47,208 nucleotides of DNA from the IMG/VR virus record IMGVR_UViG_2721755498_000001; one strand, given 5' to 3'. A model generated the notes under the pieces. It did not search any database, was not told where the DNA came from, and worked only from the letters and a program-made list of their open reading frames with translations. This DNA is from a virus (Duplodnaviria; Heunggongvirae; Uroviricota; Caudoviricetes). Position 1 is the stretch's first letter. The number at the start of each line of letters is the position of its first letter. The translations under genes and the position numbers were made by a program. This document shows positions 45,364-47,208 of this stretch, in pieces.

Positions 45364-46578
45364 CTATGATAGTTCAGCGTAAAGCTCTATCAGCTCAGTA
45401 ATGAATGCTCCGAGCGTTATTAATTCTTCTCTAACTGCTTCTGGGTATTTTTTATGTAAAGTTGATGGTACAACGAGTCTGACACCCGCATCTTTCATTT
45501 CTCGGTATTGTGCTGAAGAAACACCTTCTTGCAGTGTAAATAAATGTACCTGATGGATTTTATCTGCTTCATTCAGTATCTGACGCCAGCGATCTTTGCA
45601 GGTGGTCTTTACTGCCAGCATACGTAAGTTTTCTACAGGAAATTCAACGTTATGATATGCCTCTGCTGAAGGAAACAGGAAATCTGGTTTTTTATTACCT
45701 TCAGTAACTGCCTGAGTGGAGAAATGCCGTAGTCCGTGCTCGATAAAAAGCTTCTCTAGGTGAAGTTCAAGTGATTTGCCTGCCCTTGATTTACGTCGAT
45801 TACTGACAGAGTTGGCTAATGCAATAAACTCATCTACAGAATCGAATCCTTTCTTAATAATATCAAGAACATGTAATTCCTCGACGAGTAGAAAAATATC
45901 ATACTCGACACGCCGACGGTCAATCAGTTGCTCATCTGGATCCTTGGAGTTTTTAGCATAATGGCCAGCAGCATATTGAATAATTTCGTTTCCAGAAGGA
46001 AAACGCTTCTTCCAGTCTTCAGGAATAACATATTTATGATTTACTGGAGTTTGCTGAAGAGACAATCCGCCCAAAATTTGTCCGGCAGGGCCGGAAATTA
46101 GGGTTCCAGGTATGATTTCGCCAATAGCAGACTCGATGATATCCTCTTCATCGGGATTGACGCAGACCCATATATCTACCTCGGAACAGTCAGTGTTCTG
46201 TTCGTTTAACCTGAAAGCAAGAATTGTGAGGGCTCCTGTATTTTCAGGGTTCTGTAATGGACTTCCTCTCCCCCAGCGCGTAATTCTTTTTTCGTTTCGG
46301 GTCTTACCAAAATAACGGTTGTTGTAATAAATTGCGCGTGCTTGGGTATCAGGGCAATCATGGGATGATACATGCGCAGTAAGGAAGACTGAAGGGTTCA
46401 GTTCGCGAGTATGATTGATAGATGGAAAAAGCTTTTCAACGATATTTGAGGGGATATAAAGTCCGACCTGATGGCCACCTGTTGCGCCTGTGTCGTTTGC
46501 AGAAAGGCGTTTGATGTAGATAAAGTAATTCCCGCTTGCGATATCAAGCAGCCAGTTATGAAAAACCGACATATACAT
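45364..46578 (-). CDS. Type IIE restriction endonuclease, EcoRII-like
   Basis: 404 aa, the length recalled for R.EcoRII; convergent with a Dcm-like methyltransferase; identity from memory, not search-confirmed. Confidence 0.65.
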   Translation of the reverse strand: MYMSVFHNWLLDIASGNYFIYIKRLSANDTGATGGHQVGLYIPSNIVEKLFPSINHTRELNPSVFLTAHVSSHDCPDTQARAIYYNNRYFGKTRNEKRITRWGRGSPLQNPENTGALTILAFRLNEQNTDCSEVDIWVCVNPDEEDIIESAIGEIIPGTLISGPAGQILGGLSLQQTPVNHKYVIPEDWKKRFPSGNEIIQYAAGHYAKNSKDPDEQLIDRRRVEYDIFLLVEELHVLDIIKKGFDSVDEFIALANSVSNRRKSRAGKSLELHLEKLFIEHGLRHFSTQAVTEGNKKPDFLFPSAEAYHNVEFPVENLRMLAVKTTCKDRWRQILNEADKIHQVHLFTLQEGVSSAQYREMKDAGVRLVVPSTLHKKYPEAVREELITLGAFITELIELYAELS

Positions 46579-46651
46579 CCCTTTGTTAACATACAGTCAG
46601 GGTTAACATTTTTCCATAGTTATAGATAAGCGGCTAGGAACTTAAGGGAAA

Positions 46652-46683
46652 AACAAAAAGCCCGCATAAGCGGGCTTTTGTGT
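46652..46683 (-). terminator. Rho-independent terminator downstream of ssrA (bidirectional hairpin)
   Basis: aaagcccgc-ataa-gcgggcttt flanked by an A-tract and a T-tract. Confidence 0.55.
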
Positions 46684-46806
46684 CACTCGAGAGCCGCGGC
46701 TCCTTTGCGTATCCTTTTTTGTCTCCTCACCGTCTGGTCGGTGTCCTGCTGAGACTGCTAACTTCCTGTTTTTGTTGGTGTTGTCCTTACACCGTCCAAT
46801 CATGAT

Positions 46807-46839
46807 TGGTGGAGCTGGCGGGAGTTGAACCCGCGTCCG
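46807..46839. repeat. attR core: ssrA 3' end, duplicated at 409-441
   Basis: Matches 409-441 with one mismatch. Confidence 0.85.
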
Positions 46840-47169
46840 AAATTCCTACATCCTCGGTACTACATGCTTAGTCAGTCTTTACATTCGCTTGCCAGCTGCG
46901 GACGGACACGCCACTAACAAACTAGCCTGATTAAGTTTTAACGCTTCAACCCCAGGCAGGACTTCCACGCGATCTCTTTTGGGTTTGACCTCTCTTGATC
47001 CCCGTCCTAAGAGCGGAGGCTAGGGAGAGAGGGCTCTAAGCAGGTTATTAAGCTGCTAAAGCGTAGTTTTCGTCGTTTGCGACTATTTTTTGCGGCTTTT
47101 TACGAGGCCAACCGCCCCTCGGCATGCACCTTGGGTTTCGCAAATCCCGTCGAATCCAGAATCAGCCCC
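46807..47169 (-). ncRNA. ssrA: tmRNA (SsrA), 363 nt
   Basis: Reverse complement runs from GGGGCTGATTCTGGATTCGACGGG to the tRNA-like 3' end CCAGCTCCACCA; tag-encoding region recognisable. Confidence 0.95.
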
Positions 47170-47183
47170 AATGTGTAAAGGTA

Positions 47184-47189
47184 AGTATA
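47184..47189 (-). promoter_or_regulatory. Candidate -10 element of the ssrA promoter
   Basis: TATACT on the minus strand shortly upstream of the tmRNA 5' end. Confidence 0.35.
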
Positions 47190-47208
47190 CCAGATTTATG
47201 AGCGCCAT

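Overview
The window is almost entirely one lambdoid prophage of about 46.4 kb integrated at the 3' end of the tmRNA gene ssrA. Its limits are an intact minus-strand ssrA at 46807-47169 and a 33-bp direct repeat of the ssrA 3' end at 409-441 (one mismatch). All calls rest on reading the sequence and recalling protein motifs; no database search or computation was run. Reading left to right: attL; a low-GC two-gene cargo operon (Dam-family N6-adenine methyltransferase plus an ABC/OLD-like ATPase with a possible C-terminal TOPRIM nuclease domain) immediately downstream of int; int and xis; an AT-rich membrane-protein gene; early-left genes resembling yfdR/yfdQ/yfdP of prophage CPS-53; a structured non-coding leader; the cI/cro immunity switch with operators; an O-like replication gene with internal iterons; a truncated phage Dam fragment fused to a small LexA-DNA-binding-domain-like ORF; rusA, a KilA-N gene and Q; a lipoprotein gene bracketed by duplicated terminators; an orphan beta-class DNA methyltransferase; a phage-21-like lysis cassette; a cos-like site; terminase, portal and a protease-capsid fusion; a lambda-like tail module (Z, U, V, G/T, H, M, L, K, I, J, lom, stf, tfa); and a right-arm cargo region with a GIY-YIG-like protein and a convergent EcoRII-like restriction-modification pair next to attR. 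The strongest candidate for an undescribed system is the ATPase plus Dam methyltransferase operon at 514-3226. No CRISPR array, rRNA or tRNA gene was found.
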